The notes under the pieces were generated by a model. That model saw nothing but the letters and a program-made list of their open reading frames with translations, did no database searches and was not told where the DNA came from. Shown piece by piece: positions 31,858 to 40,977 of a DNA stretch of 64,000 bases. This stretch comes from an uncultured bacterium (GTDB lineage Bacteria; Zixibacteria; MSB-5A5; CAIYYT01), in contig CAVSCK010000004.1 of the NCBI GenBank assembly GCA_963726455.1, positions 1-64,000 of the forward strand, read 5' to 3'. The translations under genes were made by a program, and so were the position numbers. Position 1 is the stretch's first letter, and each line of letters opens with the position of its first letter.

Positions 31858-33705
31858 TCATTTGCAGAAGAAGCAGGGCGCCGGACCTCCTGAGAAGATG
31901 TAGGCGATAAGGTAAACGGCGTCCGAAATGTCTATTGATGCGCTGCAATCGGCATCACCGGAGGCAAGCGGGCTTGGCGCCACGCCGCCGGAGAAAATGT
32001 AGGCGATAAGATTCACAGCGTCAGAGATGTCCACTGCGCCGCTGCCGTCAGCGTCGCCGCAAACGTAAGTCTGCACGGTCAGCGTCTTGCTCGAACTGCC
32101 ATGCGGGTCAGCGACATTCACGCGAATACTGTCAGTCATCAGTGCGCCGGGTATGATTCCCACTAAACTGTCATGGCTGATTGTTGTCCAGGCCGGATGA
32201 TAATCATAGCTGATCTGATGCAGGGTGTCATCGAGGTCGGTGTAATGCGGGTAATAGGCGAACGAAGCACCGGCGCGCAGTATCATGTTGGTGTCCGTAA
32301 TCAGCGGCATCATGTTGATGTCAACGCGGAATTCATGCGCGGCGACCTCACCGAGGTAAGGATGCGTGACCACTTTGGCCGAATCATCGGCCGCCTTGAG
32401 GTAATAGCGAATGGTTGCCGCTGAAGTTTGACGAGGGATGTAGCCCGCGAATGAGTCAGGAACGGCTGTGGCGCTCAGCAACGCAAACTGGAACGGCCCG
32501 CCGTTAACCTGGTAGTAGATCCTGAGCGAATCAGAGATGAATTGCCCATGCGAGTGCGCATAGATATGGGCGCCGACCGGATAATCATTTATCGTGTCAG
32601 TCGTCGTTGAAAGTGGAACGTGCCGGATGTAGATCATGTGTTCGTCGGCGATTCCCATCGCGCGACAGTGAATGGCATCGTCGGACAACCACGAGCCGGT
32701 GAAGCCGAGAACTTCGTAGCCGGGCATGGCGTCCCGATAGACGGCCAGTGCCGAATCATCCCAGGTGGTGCTGAAGGTGGGCACGAGCACTTTCTTGTTC
32801 AGAATGAGCGAATTAGTATAGGCGGTGCCGGTCGGGCAGAATACGCGGACGACTTTGTAGGGCTTACCCCATGGGCTCATCAGGTGCGACATGGAATCGG
32901 CACGAGCATTGTAGTTGGCGTAGAACGGATCGCTCGGCGCAACGTTCTTGACTAAGATCGTTGCCGGATCGAGCATTTTCGCCCAGCAGTCGATGTGATG
33001 AATACCGTACGTTTCGACATAAGGCCAGACGGTGAATTCGTTGCCCATGTATTGCTTCATGTAGTCTCTTACCTGTTGCTGGCTATAAGACGAGTTTTCG
33101 TCGTAGACCAGCCAGGAGGACATCGAGGTGCCGAGGCCGTCGCACATGTGATTGCCACCGGGAGTTGCAAGAGGAAGAGCATAGACGGGAACTCCCCAAA
33201 GCGATCCCAAGGTCGCCGGGATGACATCATCCTGCGGGCGCGGGCGATTGTAGATCGGGTCGACGATACCCACGTTACCGCTGCCGTCGAAAATATACCA
33301 GGGGCCGTAATCTCGGGTCCAGATGGAATTCGTGGCGGCAATGATGAACTGCGTGTTCGCCATATTCACGCCGCCGGAAGTATAGGAACTGATGGCCTGA
33401 TTCTTTTCAGAAAGGGTGCCGACCAGCGTGTAGACCATACAGTCTTCCGCCATTTCCTTGACAATGGCAACAGAAATACCAAGCGGCCAACGAATCAGAA
33501 CGCCCTTCATCGGCTCCCATTCGGCGCAAGCGTGCATGATGCCGGGAGGCGGCGCAGTTCGTTGGAAATTGAGGCCGATTTCGTTCAGGCGTGTTTTTTC
33601 CTCATCGGTCAGGCCGATCGGGAGGTTTTGATCCTGTGCCGCCGATAGCAGCGGCGCGTGGATGCTCAAGAGCCCCAGCAGCATGAGCAGCGATAGCAAT
33701 CTCAT
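31858..33705 (-). CDS. Secreted agmatine deiminase / peptidylarginine deiminase-family enzyme with Ig-like domains and C-terminal dockerin-like domain
   Basis: Signal peptide from ATG 33705; AEWEP, WTRDYGP, GGN..DG.G, HHIDCW, YTNSLILN, DAIHC catalytic motifs; tail CGDADGSGAVDISDAV..GDADCSASIDISDAVYLIAYIFSGGPAPCFFCK. Confidence 0.92.
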   Translation of the reverse strand: MRLLSLLMLLGLLSIHAPLLSAAQDQNLPIGLTDEEKTRLNEIGLNFQRTAPPPGIMHACAEWEPMKGVLIRWPLGISVAIVKEMAEDCMVYTLVGTLSEKNQAISSYTSGGVNMANTQFIIAATNSIWTRDYGPWYIFDGSGNVGIVDPIYNRPRPQDDVIPATLGSLWGVPVYALPLATPGGNHMCDGLGTSMSSWLVYDENSSYSQQQVRDYMKQYMGNEFTVWPYVETYGIHHIDCWAKMLDPATILVKNVAPSDPFYANYNARADSMSHLMSPWGKPYKVVRVFCPTGTAYTNSLILNKKVLVPTFSTTWDDSALAVYRDAMPGYEVLGFTGSWLSDDAIHCRAMGIADEHMIYIRHVPLSTTTDTINDYPVGAHIYAHSHGQFISDSLRIYYQVNGGPFQFALLSATAVPDSFAGYIPRQTSAATIRYYLKAADDSAKVVTHPYLGEVAAHEFRVDINMMPLITDTNMILRAGASFAYYPHYTDLDDTLHQISYDYHPAWTTISHDSLVGIIPGALMTDSIRVNVADPHGSSSKTLTVQTYVCGDADGSGAVDISDAVNLIAYIFSGGVAPSPLASGDADCSASIDISDAVYLIAYIFSGGPAPCFFCK

Positions 33706-33780
33706 CGTTTCACCTTTATGTTCGCAAGTAGTCTCGGTGCAAGTAACCGTCCTGTCATGACGGCGGTTGTCGACACTGTC

Positions 33781-33808
33781 AATATAGCAGGAAACCGCAT
33801 TTATCCAA
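33781..33808 (-). promoter_or_regulatory. Promoter with extended -10
   Basis: TTGGAT-N16-TATATT with TGn immediately before the -10 box, upstream of the deiminase gene. Confidence 0.45.
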
Positions 33809-34178
33809 GCTGAAAGTAGGGCTGAGCGCCGTGGAAATCGCTTCAGAACCACGTGCCGGCCAACTACTTGGACTAGCCAGGCCCGGCAGTTGGGTCGGTA
33901 CTGGTCGCCGTGACTTTGGAAGTCCCATCATTTGACCGGAGAAGGCACAATCAGTGCAAGCGGATGCAGTCTGTCGGCAGTTAATCGCAGTTGGCTCCGG
34001 CAAGGCACTTAAAGTATTACTTTCACAAAGCCGTTCAGTTGATTCTTTGGCAATGACGAAACTTTGAACCCGGTTGGTGGTCAAGAGACGCGAGATCTGC
34101 GACTGCTTCGGCATAACTCTTGCGTAGTTAGTGTGTGGCAGAATTGAAAGACCGTCCGGCGGTCTTGCGGAGGCAGTC

Positions 34179-34424
34179 ATGCGCAAACTTGTGATATCAA
34201 CAAATCTCATAGTCTTTCTCGGTTCATTGGTTTTGGAACTAATGGGGATCGGCCTGATAGCCCGCTGGCGGACGCACGAACTATACTCGTTTGTCAGCGT
34301 GACCGGCCACGGGACGATGATTACATTTCTGTATTCCGTGTTCTTCTTGCTGTTGCCGTTCGTCAATTTCGTGGCCTTGATATCCAAGGACAGGGGTTTC
34401 CTGATCGAGGAATCGAAACGTTAG
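34179..34424 (+). CDS. Small 2-TM hypothetical membrane protein
   Basis: RBS GGAGG before ATG 34179; two hydrophobic segments. Confidence 0.55.
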   Translation: MRKLVISTNLIVFLGSLVLELMGIGLIARWRTHELYSFVSVTGHGTMITFLYSVFFLLLPFVNFVALISKDRGFLIEESKR

Positions 34425-34439
34425 CATCCGGAGAAGGTC

Positions 34440-34859
34440 TTGACGGATTTGATTTTCGCAGACGTGATTCTGGTCATTCACTTCCTGTGGGTGATTTTCA
34501 TGATTGGCGGATTCGTGCTGACGCTTTGCGCGTTCAGGTGGAAACGACTATTCGAGTGGTTCTGGCTGCGAACGATACATGTGGTCGGAATCGTGTTCGT
34601 GGCGACACTGGAGATTTTCGGCTGGTATTGTCCGCTGACGACCTGGGAGATGGCGCTGCGCCAACATGTCGATCCCAACGCCGTGTACGCCGGATCATTT
34701 GTCATTCACTGGATTGAGAGATTGATTTATCCTGACGTCAGTCCGCTGGTGTTGACGATTCCGGCGATAGCGATAGCGGCGGTGACGGTGGTCGTATATG
34801 TGGTGAGGCCGCCGGAGAGGGTGCTGAGGATGTTGGGGCGGAATCCGAGCAGAAGATAA
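34440..34859 (+). CDS. DUF2784-like membrane protein
   Basis: AD.ILVIHFLWVIF, R.IH, CPLT.WE..LR, SF..HWIERLIYP pattern. Confidence 0.85.
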   Translation: MTDLIFADVILVIHFLWVIFMIGGFVLTLCAFRWKRLFEWFWLRTIHVVGIVFVATLEIFGWYCPLTTWEMALRQHVDPNAVYAGSFVIHWIERLIYPDVSPLVLTIPAIAIAAVTVVVYVVRPPERVLRMLGRNPSRR

Positions 34860-34945
34860 TGTCGGGTTTCTCGTCCGGTGATGAAATCGGCATTAATCAT
34901 GTGATAGGCGCACTGCCGAATGCAACCGTATAGGCGTTCGTCACA

Positions 34946-35077
34946 ACGGACTCCGAACCCGACCTACTGGACTTGCATGACATTCATTCCCACAGCAAGC
35001 TGTGGGGTACCGTTGTTGATGCGACGGACTCGGAACTCGACCTGCTAACATTCCCACCGCAAGCGGTGGGGTACCGT
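34946..35077. repeat. Duplicated REP-like unit (GTAGGTCGGG half plus CCCAC-GCAAGC-GTGGGGTAC hairpin)
   Basis: CCCACAGCAAGCTGTGGGGTAC at 34989-35010 and CCCACCGCAAGCGGTGGGGTAC at 35053-35074 (compensatory A-T/C-G change), each preceded by ACGGACTC.GAAC.CGACCT.C. Confidence 0.7.
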
Positions 35078-35082
35078 GGGAA

Positions 35083-35676
35083 TTATTTCTTCCCCGGAGG
35101 TGAATCGAGCGGCGCGCCCACGGCGATATCGCAGCGATGATTTGGCTGTCCGTGCGGCGGATTCATGCCCGGAGCAGTCGCGGCGGTTGTAGTCGGAGTC
35201 GTGGTGTTTGGCTGCTGGACAATAGTTGGCGTTGCAACCTGCTTCACAGGCGTACTGAGCGGCTCACCGACCTTGATATCACAGCGATGATTCGGCTGTC
35301 CGTGGGGAGGATTCATACCCGGCGCTGTCGTGACTTGTGCAGTCTGGGCAGGCGCATTTAGTGGTGAAGCATTAGGTAACGACTTTCCCGTTCCTGCAGG
35401 CGAATTAAGCGGCGCACCAACGGCGATATCGCAGCGATGATTCGGCTGTCCGTGCGGGGGATTCATGGCCTGGTCAGAAGCGGATTCGGAGGCCAGAACC
35501 GGTGCCGCTCCATCGGGATTGGCGGTTGGTGTGGTCGAACCTGTTGTCGATTGAGCTGACGCGGGGGCAGACTGTGATATGCCTGAAGTTGTGCCTGGGA
35601 CCTCTTTCGATGACTTATTGCAGCCAAACGCAAAGACAATTAAGAAGACTGCGATCGTGATGCTTAAGAGTTTCAT
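35083..35676 (-). CDS. Lipoprotein with three MNPPHGQPNHRCDIxVGxPL repeats
   Basis: Lipobox FGC; repeats start at 35466, 35316 and 35166; P/T/A-rich linkers. Confidence 0.85.
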   Translation of the reverse strand: MKLLSITIAVFLIVFAFGCNKSSKEVPGTTSGISQSAPASAQSTTGSTTPTANPDGAAPVLASESASDQAMNPPHGQPNHRCDIAVGAPLNSPAGTGKSLPNASPLNAPAQTAQVTTAPGMNPPHGQPNHRCDIKVGEPLSTPVKQVATPTIVQQPNTTTPTTTAATAPGMNPPHGQPNHRCDIAVGAPLDSPPGKK

Positions 35677-35799
35677 AAATAACCTTCTACTTTCGATGTG
35701 TATGCCGTATGACAATTCCAGAATAACTCTATTGACAGGAATGCTGATTCAAGATAATGCCGACAGGGGCTGGAAGCAAGGTGATTGTGGCGGGGTTCG

Positions 35800-35949
35800 G
35801 TAGGTCGAAACCCCTAATGGATTTTGGTTGCCATTGCGACACGCCTCTCCGGGGTTTCGACAATTCCGTTCCATTGATACAGAGCAATGTCGAAACCCCG
35901 TTCATGGGCGTGAGAGATGTGCGCGATACCACTAGGGGTTTCGACCTAC
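35800..35949. repeat. REPIN/MITE-like element copy 1 (GTAGGTCGAAACCCC...GGGGTTTCGACCTAC)
   Basis: Terminal inverted repeats plus an internal inverted pair of GTCGAAACCCC; highly similar to 36930-37081. Confidence 0.85.
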
Positions 35950-36368
35950 GAAACTGGGCCACCCTCGTCGATCCAAACAATCTGAACATCTTTCCCGGCT
36001 ATGTGGATGAACGCACTCCACTCCTGCACCGTGAATCGGTAGCACGAGACTCCGGGCATGAAAGTCTCGGACAATTGCGCAAGTTGTGGGAATCTATCGG
36101 GCTTGGCAGTGCTTCCATAAACGGTTAGGGGCGAACCGTGTGGCATGTAGCGATAGTAAGGATCAGGATGGTCAATCACGCAAAAGTATAGTTCAGAGAC
36201 TTGCACCTTCCCCATTCGGTAATCCTCCTGCTTCGGGCTACCGGGTCTGCTCACGTCAAGCCCCATGTGCAGAACTAGAGTCCCGTTGACGTAGTCGATC
36301 CTGATCTCATATAGTTTTGCAGCATCGAAACCATGTGGCAGCTTACCTTCCAATTCCTCGAATGTCAT
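35946..36368 (-). CDS. Hypothetical protein, paralog A (MTFEELE..LP.GF family)
   Basis: 140 aa; aligns end to end with 36445..36897 (LP.GF, IDxVNGT, EDYR..K.QV..LYFC.I.PP, YRF.V..W...I.IA..DVQI.W). Confidence 0.8.
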   Translation of the reverse strand: MTFEELEGKLPHGFDAAKLYEIRIDYVNGTLVLHMGLDVSRPGSPKQEDYRMGKVQVSELYFCVIDHPDPYYRYMPHGSPLTVYGSTAKPDRFPQLAQLSETFMPGVSCYRFTVQEWSAFIHIAGKDVQIVWIDEGGPVS

Positions 36369-36444
36369 TGAACATCTCGCTTTCTCTATAGTTTTCTGCG
36401 CAACGGGATGCACAATTGGCGACTGACATTCCCGCTCCGCAACC

Positions 36445-36897
36445 TTATTCTTCTGTTGTCTCTCCCCCGTCGAGCCAAGTAATCTGGACGTCCCTTGCGG
36501 CAATGATAATGCAGGAGCGCCAGTCTTCCACGAAGAATCGATATACGGTAATCCCCGGTGGGGGATTGTGCAAGAGAGGCTCGAGCGGTATCATCGTCCC
36601 GGGACCGCCGCTGTCTCCTTTGACACACAAAGGATACCCACGTGGCACATACTCACGGTTCAGCGCGAGCCCAGTGTCAGGGCTAGGGGGACCGATTGAG
36701 CAGAAATAGAGACCTGTAACCTGCAGCTTTGCCGCCCGGTAGTCTTCCTTCGAAGGACCGGTATCGTTATAGTCTCCGTAGTCCAAAGCCATATGCATCA
36801 CCGCGGTCCCGTTTACCAGATCGATCTTCAGATCATGTAGAAAGTCATCATGGAACCCGCTCGGCAATTCTCTTTCCAGTTCCTCGAATGTCATCAT
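36445..36897 (-). CDS. Hypothetical protein, paralog B
   Basis: 150 aa; paralogous to 35946..36368 and shares a ~40-nt near-identical translation start region. Confidence 0.8.
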   Translation of the reverse strand: MMTFEELERELPSGFHDDFLHDLKIDLVNGTAVMHMALDYGDYNDTGPSKEDYRAAKLQVTGLYFCSIGPPSPDTGLALNREYVPRGYPLCVKGDSGGPGTMIPLEPLLHNPPPGITVYRFFVEDWRSCIIIAARDVQITWLDGGETTEE

Positions 36898-36929
36898 ACA
36901 TCTCGCTTTCTCTTGAACACTCTAGTTCA

Positions 36930-37081
36930 GTAGGTCGAAACCCCTAATGGATTTCGGTTGCCATTACGACGCACCTTTCCGGGTTTCGACAATCTCTGTT
37001 CAATCGCCGCAAAAAAAGATGTCGAAACCCCGTTCATGGGCGTGAAAGATGTGCGCGGTACCACTAGGGGTTTCGACCTAC
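36930..37081. repeat. REPIN/MITE-like element copy 2
   Basis: Direct repeat of 35800-35949 with scattered substitutions and small indels, mostly in the loops. Confidence 0.85.
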
Positions 37082-37085
37082 GAAA

Positions 37086-38198
37086 CTACTTCACAAACCC
37101 CGGGACGAACTTGCCGTCTTTGTAGATTAGTTCGTCGTCGCCGTAAATTTCGCCGCCTTTGCGCAGGTCGCAGACCATGTCCCAATGGATGGCCGATTGG
37201 TTAGTTCCGCCGGCTTCGTAAATCGCGTTGCCGACCGCCATGTGGCAGGTGCCGCCGATTTTTTCGTCAAAGAGCGTATTCTTGGAGAAGGTCTGGATGC
37301 CGTAATTGGTGCCGATCGCAAATTCACCGATACGCTTGGCGCCCTCATCGACATTCAACATCTCGCGCAGGAAGTCGATGCCTTTGCCGGCGGTGAAATC
37401 ACTGACCACACCGTCTTTGAATTTGAGTTGCACGTTTTCGACTTCACGCCCGGCGTAGGTAGCGGGATAGGTATAGGTGATGACACCGTTGGCGGAGTTT
37501 TCGATGGGGCTGGTGAAGATTTCGCCGTCGGGGAAATTCTCAGTGCCGTCGCAGTTGATCCATTTGCGTCCGGCGACATTGAGACGCAGGTCGGTGTCAG
37601 CGCTCTTGACATGGATCGTTTTGAGCCGGGTTAGCGCGACGGCGATCTTCTCCTGTTCGGCGGAAATTCGTTTCCACTGGCTGATCGGGTCGGCAGTGTC
37701 GCAGTAACCAGCGGAATAAACGAAATCCTCGAATTCGGTCAGTGACTTACCGGCGTCCTGAGCCATGGCATTATTCGGGAACAACGTCCCGCACCAGCGC
37801 AGTGACTGGTCGGCAGTGCGACGGAAGAATATCTCCGAGATCTCTTTGCGCGCTGCCTGCGCCATCGCCTGTCGTTTGGGGTCGGTGTTGGTGAGATACT
37901 TGGTGTTATCCGAGCCCCAGACGAACAAACGCGCATCGATGCGTTCAATTTCGTTTTTGCGCAGCGGGGAGACGAACTTGAGTTGTTCTTCGGAAGCGTT
38001 CTTGAAATAGATTTCAGTGAAGTCCTCTACATACAGTTCGACGTAGGGGAAGGCGCCGTTTTCGAGCGCTTTCTTGTAGACTGCTTTCGCCAGCGGCAGC
38101 GCCTGCACCGGCACTTCGATCTTGAACAGATCACCCTTTTTGATTCGCAGCGAGTAGTTGACCATGACGTCGGCAAGTTTTTCAATGCGTGGATCCAT
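37086..38198 (-). CDS. Aminopeptidase, M29 (AmpS/PepS) family
   Basis: MDPRIEKLA..VNYS, NFPDGEIFT.P, GEFAIGTN, LFDEKIGGT.H.A.G, SAIHWDMV. Confidence 0.94.
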   Translation of the reverse strand: MDPRIEKLADVMVNYSLRIKKGDLFKIEVPVQALPLAKAVYKKALENGAFPYVELYVEDFTEIYFKNASEEQLKFVSPLRKNEIERIDARLFVWGSDNTKYLTNTDPKRQAMAQAARKEISEIFFRRTADQSLRWCGTLFPNNAMAQDAGKSLTEFEDFVYSAGYCDTADPISQWKRISAEQEKIAVALTRLKTIHVKSADTDLRLNVAGRKWINCDGTENFPDGEIFTSPIENSANGVITYTYPATYAGREVENVQLKFKDGVVSDFTAGKGIDFLREMLNVDEGAKRIGEFAIGTNYGIQTFSKNTLFDEKIGGTCHMAVGNAIYEAGGTNQSAIHWDMVCDLRKGGEIYGDDELIYKDGKFVPGFVK

Positions 38199-38218
38199 GA
38201 CATCCTCTCATCAGTAGT

Positions 38219-38701
38219 TTATCGTTTGTAAGTAGCTTTTTCGAGGTCAAGTAGCTGACGTTTAACCGGCAGACCGCCGCCGAAGCCACCCAGCGTTCTG
38301 TCAGCTTTGAGCACACGGTGGCAGGGAATAACGATCGGCAGGGGATTATGCGCACACGCACTACCGGCCGCGCGGAACGCATTGGGCGAACCGGCGCGCT
38401 CGGCGAGCGTTCGGTAGCTGATGGTTTCACCGTAGGGAACGCGGGCGAGCGCCTGGAGCGCTTTCTGATTGAAACCGTCAACGTTGAGAGAGTAGGGGAA
38501 GGTGAACTTCGTCAATTCGCCTCGGAAGTAACGTTGGAGTTCGTCGACTGCCTGCTGGTAGGCTGTTGCGCTGGTGGAGATGTTGCTCTTGTACGGACTC
38601 GGAACCGGCGATCCTTCGAACAGGATGCATTCGACGACATTGCCGTCGCCGATCAAGGTGAGTTCGCCGATGATGGTTTTGACTTTGCGGGCTGAGTACA
38701 T
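38219..38701 (-). CDS. ogt: Methylated-DNA--protein-cysteine methyltransferase
   Basis: VPYGETISY..LA, RAAGSA..NP..IVIPCHRV, K..LL.LE. Confidence 0.95.
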   Translation of the reverse strand: MYSARKVKTIIGELTLIGDGNVVECILFEGSPVPSPYKSNISTSATAYQQAVDELQRYFRGELTKFTFPYSLNVDGFNQKALQALARVPYGETISYRTLAERAGSPNAFRAAGSACAHNPLPIVIPCHRVLKADRTLGGFGGGLPVKRQLLDLEKATYKR

Positions 38702-39108
38702 TCTAAGCGCTCCTCTGACTGAGATGCCAATATAACACCCCGAACCTACTTGTAAATACTGTTAGAATGCTGTAGAAGTTTTGTACATTCCTCTGCACGG
38801 ATGACTGGCTGGTTTCGTATCATGGTGTATGTCACGTGGTTAAAGGTGTGCTCGATGCAGACAGCCAAATGGTAACAGTCGAAATCGTGACTGCGCGGGA
38901 AGGATGATTGGTTAAGATGCTCAGGGATACTCTTTTATCCTCGCTGTTCAGGAAAAGTGCGCGAACACGGAAACAATATTGTTTGTATAACCGTTGTAAT
39001 GATAAGAAGATACCAGCCGATCAGAACAAAGTGGCGATCAGGAGGGTAGCTTGACAGAATGGATGAAATCCTTTTATTGTAAGCGACATCAGCTTGGAGG
39101 AATAATAC

Positions 39109-40902
39109 ATGAGTGACTTTCGTCTTCGAATCTATGTGTTAATGCTGGCGATTATCGCCATCGGTGTGATCTGGGTAGTTGGGTCGGGCGACGCGGCTCA
39201 AAATGCGCTGCAGGATGTGGTGTACAGCAAGGGTGTTTATGCGCAGACAGGGCAGCCGCCGGCAGAGACAGAGCCGATGGACGCTCAGAAGCACTCGATT
39301 GCCTATTACACCAAGCTGATGGCAGATATCGCCTACAAGATACACACGCGTTACATGGAAGATGTCGACCCGGAGAGTCTGGTCGAATCTGGAATTGAAG
39401 GGATGCTCTCCAACCTTGACCCGTACAGTGTGATCCTGAAGCCGAAGACTTACAACGCGCTGATGGAAAACACGCACGGCAAGTATGAGGGCGTCGGCAT
39501 GCAGATTGATCTGCGCGATAATCGGGTGACGATTGTGGCGCCGATGGAAGGCACGCCCGCCTGGAGAATGGGATTCCGCGCCGGTGACCAGATCATGAAA
39601 ATTGATTCGGTCTCTACGGACGGAATGAACACTGAGGACGCCGCGAATTTGATGCGCGGCCAGGCAGGAACCAAGGTGAAATTGAGCATCAAGCGGCTCG
39701 GTGTTGAAGGGTTGATGGACTTTGAGGTTGAACGCGCCGTGATTGAGTTGAAGTCCGTCAAATACTACGGCGTGGTAGAACCGGGAATCGGCTACGTGCG
39801 CATCGACAAGTTTGCCGAGCAGACGACCGACGAGTTGAGAGATGCCATTCTCGATATGAAAAACAATATGGGCGTCAAGTCATTGATCTTTGACCTGCGC
39901 TCAAACGGCGGCGGCCTGCTGGATCAGGCGATTTCGGTCGCAAATCTGTTTCTGCCCAAAGATAAACTCGTGGTCGAAACCAAGGGCAAATATCCGGCCT
40001 CGGACAAGCAATATTATTCTTCGACCGACCCGATCTTTTCTGACGGTGAGGTCGTGGTGTTGGTGAACGGCGGAACGGCGTCGGCATCCGAAATCGTATC
40101 GGGCGCATTGCAGGATTGGGACCGCGCCGTGATTTTGGGTACCACGACTTTCGGCAAGGGTTTGGTGCAACAAATATTCGGTGGCGATCAGGGCGACTTT
40201 GCGCTGAAGCTGACGACGGCCAAGTACTACATCCCGTCGGGACGTTGTATTCAGAAGCCGGAGAAGGCACACAAGGGCACCGAAGATCTGATGGACGACA
40301 TCACGATCAGTACCAAGACTCCGGAAGTTGACAGTCTGCATCCGATCTTCTACACCAAAGCCGGACGCAAGGTATTTGGCGGTGGTGGAGTGGTTCCGGA
40401 CGTGGTAGTGGAAGAGGAAATGTGGAAGCCGATCGAATACAACTTGATTCGCAAGAATCTGTTCTTTGAATTTGCGGTCGATTACTCTGCCAAACATCCG
40501 GAAATCCAGAAGGATTTCGAAGTGTCGAATCAGATGTTCGAGGATTTCCGCAGCTACATCAAAGAGAAGAATTTTACGTACAAGACCGGGCTGGAGCTCG
40601 ATCTCGACAAATTCATCGATGCCGCCAAGGACGAGAAGAAGTCTGACCTGTTCCAGAAAGATGTTGCCGATTTGCAGGCCAACATCGACCGCGACAAGGC
40701 CAAGGATTTCGATGCGTCGAGAGACTACATTCGCCAGTCAATCAAGCGGGAAATCCTGCGCGCCAAGTTCGGTGAGAGCGCGGTTTATCAGTACCTGACG
40801 CTTAAGGAAGATAAGGATGTGCTGAAAGCGGCTGATCTGCTGAAGGACAAGACCAAATATGGTTCGCTTCTGAAGCCGATCAAGAGGGACAACAAGGGCT
40901 AA
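39109..40902 (+). CDS. ctpA: Carboxyl-terminal processing protease (S41A, PDZ)
   Basis: GML..LDPYS, PDZ G.G..I, DLRSNGGGLL, TASASEIVSGALQD, TFGKGLVQ; RBS GGAGG. Confidence 0.93.
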   Translation: MSDFRLRIYVLMLAIIAIGVIWVVGSGDAAQNALQDVVYSKGVYAQTGQPPAETEPMDAQKHSIAYYTKLMADIAYKIHTRYMEDVDPESLVESGIEGMLSNLDPYSVILKPKTYNALMENTHGKYEGVGMQIDLRDNRVTIVAPMEGTPAWRMGFRAGDQIMKIDSVSTDGMNTEDAANLMRGQAGTKVKLSIKRLGVEGLMDFEVERAVIELKSVKYYGVVEPGIGYVRIDKFAEQTTDELRDAILDMKNNMGVKSLIFDLRSNGGGLLDQAISVANLFLPKDKLVVETKGKYPASDKQYYSSTDPIFSDGEVVVLVNGGTASASEIVSGALQDWDRAVILGTTTFGKGLVQQIFGGDQGDFALKLTTAKYYIPSGRCIQKPEKAHKGTEDLMDDITISTKTPEVDSLHPIFYTKAGRKVFGGGGVVPDVVVEEEMWKPIEYNLIRKNLFFEFAVDYSAKHPEIQKDFEVSNQMFEDFRSYIKEKNFTYKTGLELDLDKFIDAAKDEKKSDLFQKDVADLQANIDRDKAKDFDASRDYIRQSIKREILRAKFGESAVYQYLTLKEDKDVLKAADLLKDKTKYGSLLKPIKRDNKG

Positions 40903-40928
40903 ACACCCGCAAGACAGAGACTATTATG

Positions 40929-40954
40929 AGGGCGGTCAAATGGCCGCCCTTTTT
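40929..40954 (+). terminator. Rho-independent terminator
   Basis: AGGGCGGTCA-AA-TGGCCGCCCT followed by TTTT. Confidence 0.8.
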
Positions 40955-40977
40955 GTTGGTGGCTATCAGATCACGAT

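Noticed and set aside
33710-33960. Guanidine-type riboswitch upstream of the deiminase
   Set aside because: No recognisable motif. The promoter candidate is only ~75 nt from the ATG, and the imperfect hairpin at ~33852-33901 lies upstream of it.
33779-34387. 202-aa minus-strand ORF
   Set aside because: It overlaps an SD-led plus-strand membrane gene and a promoter region, and its composition is not protein-like.
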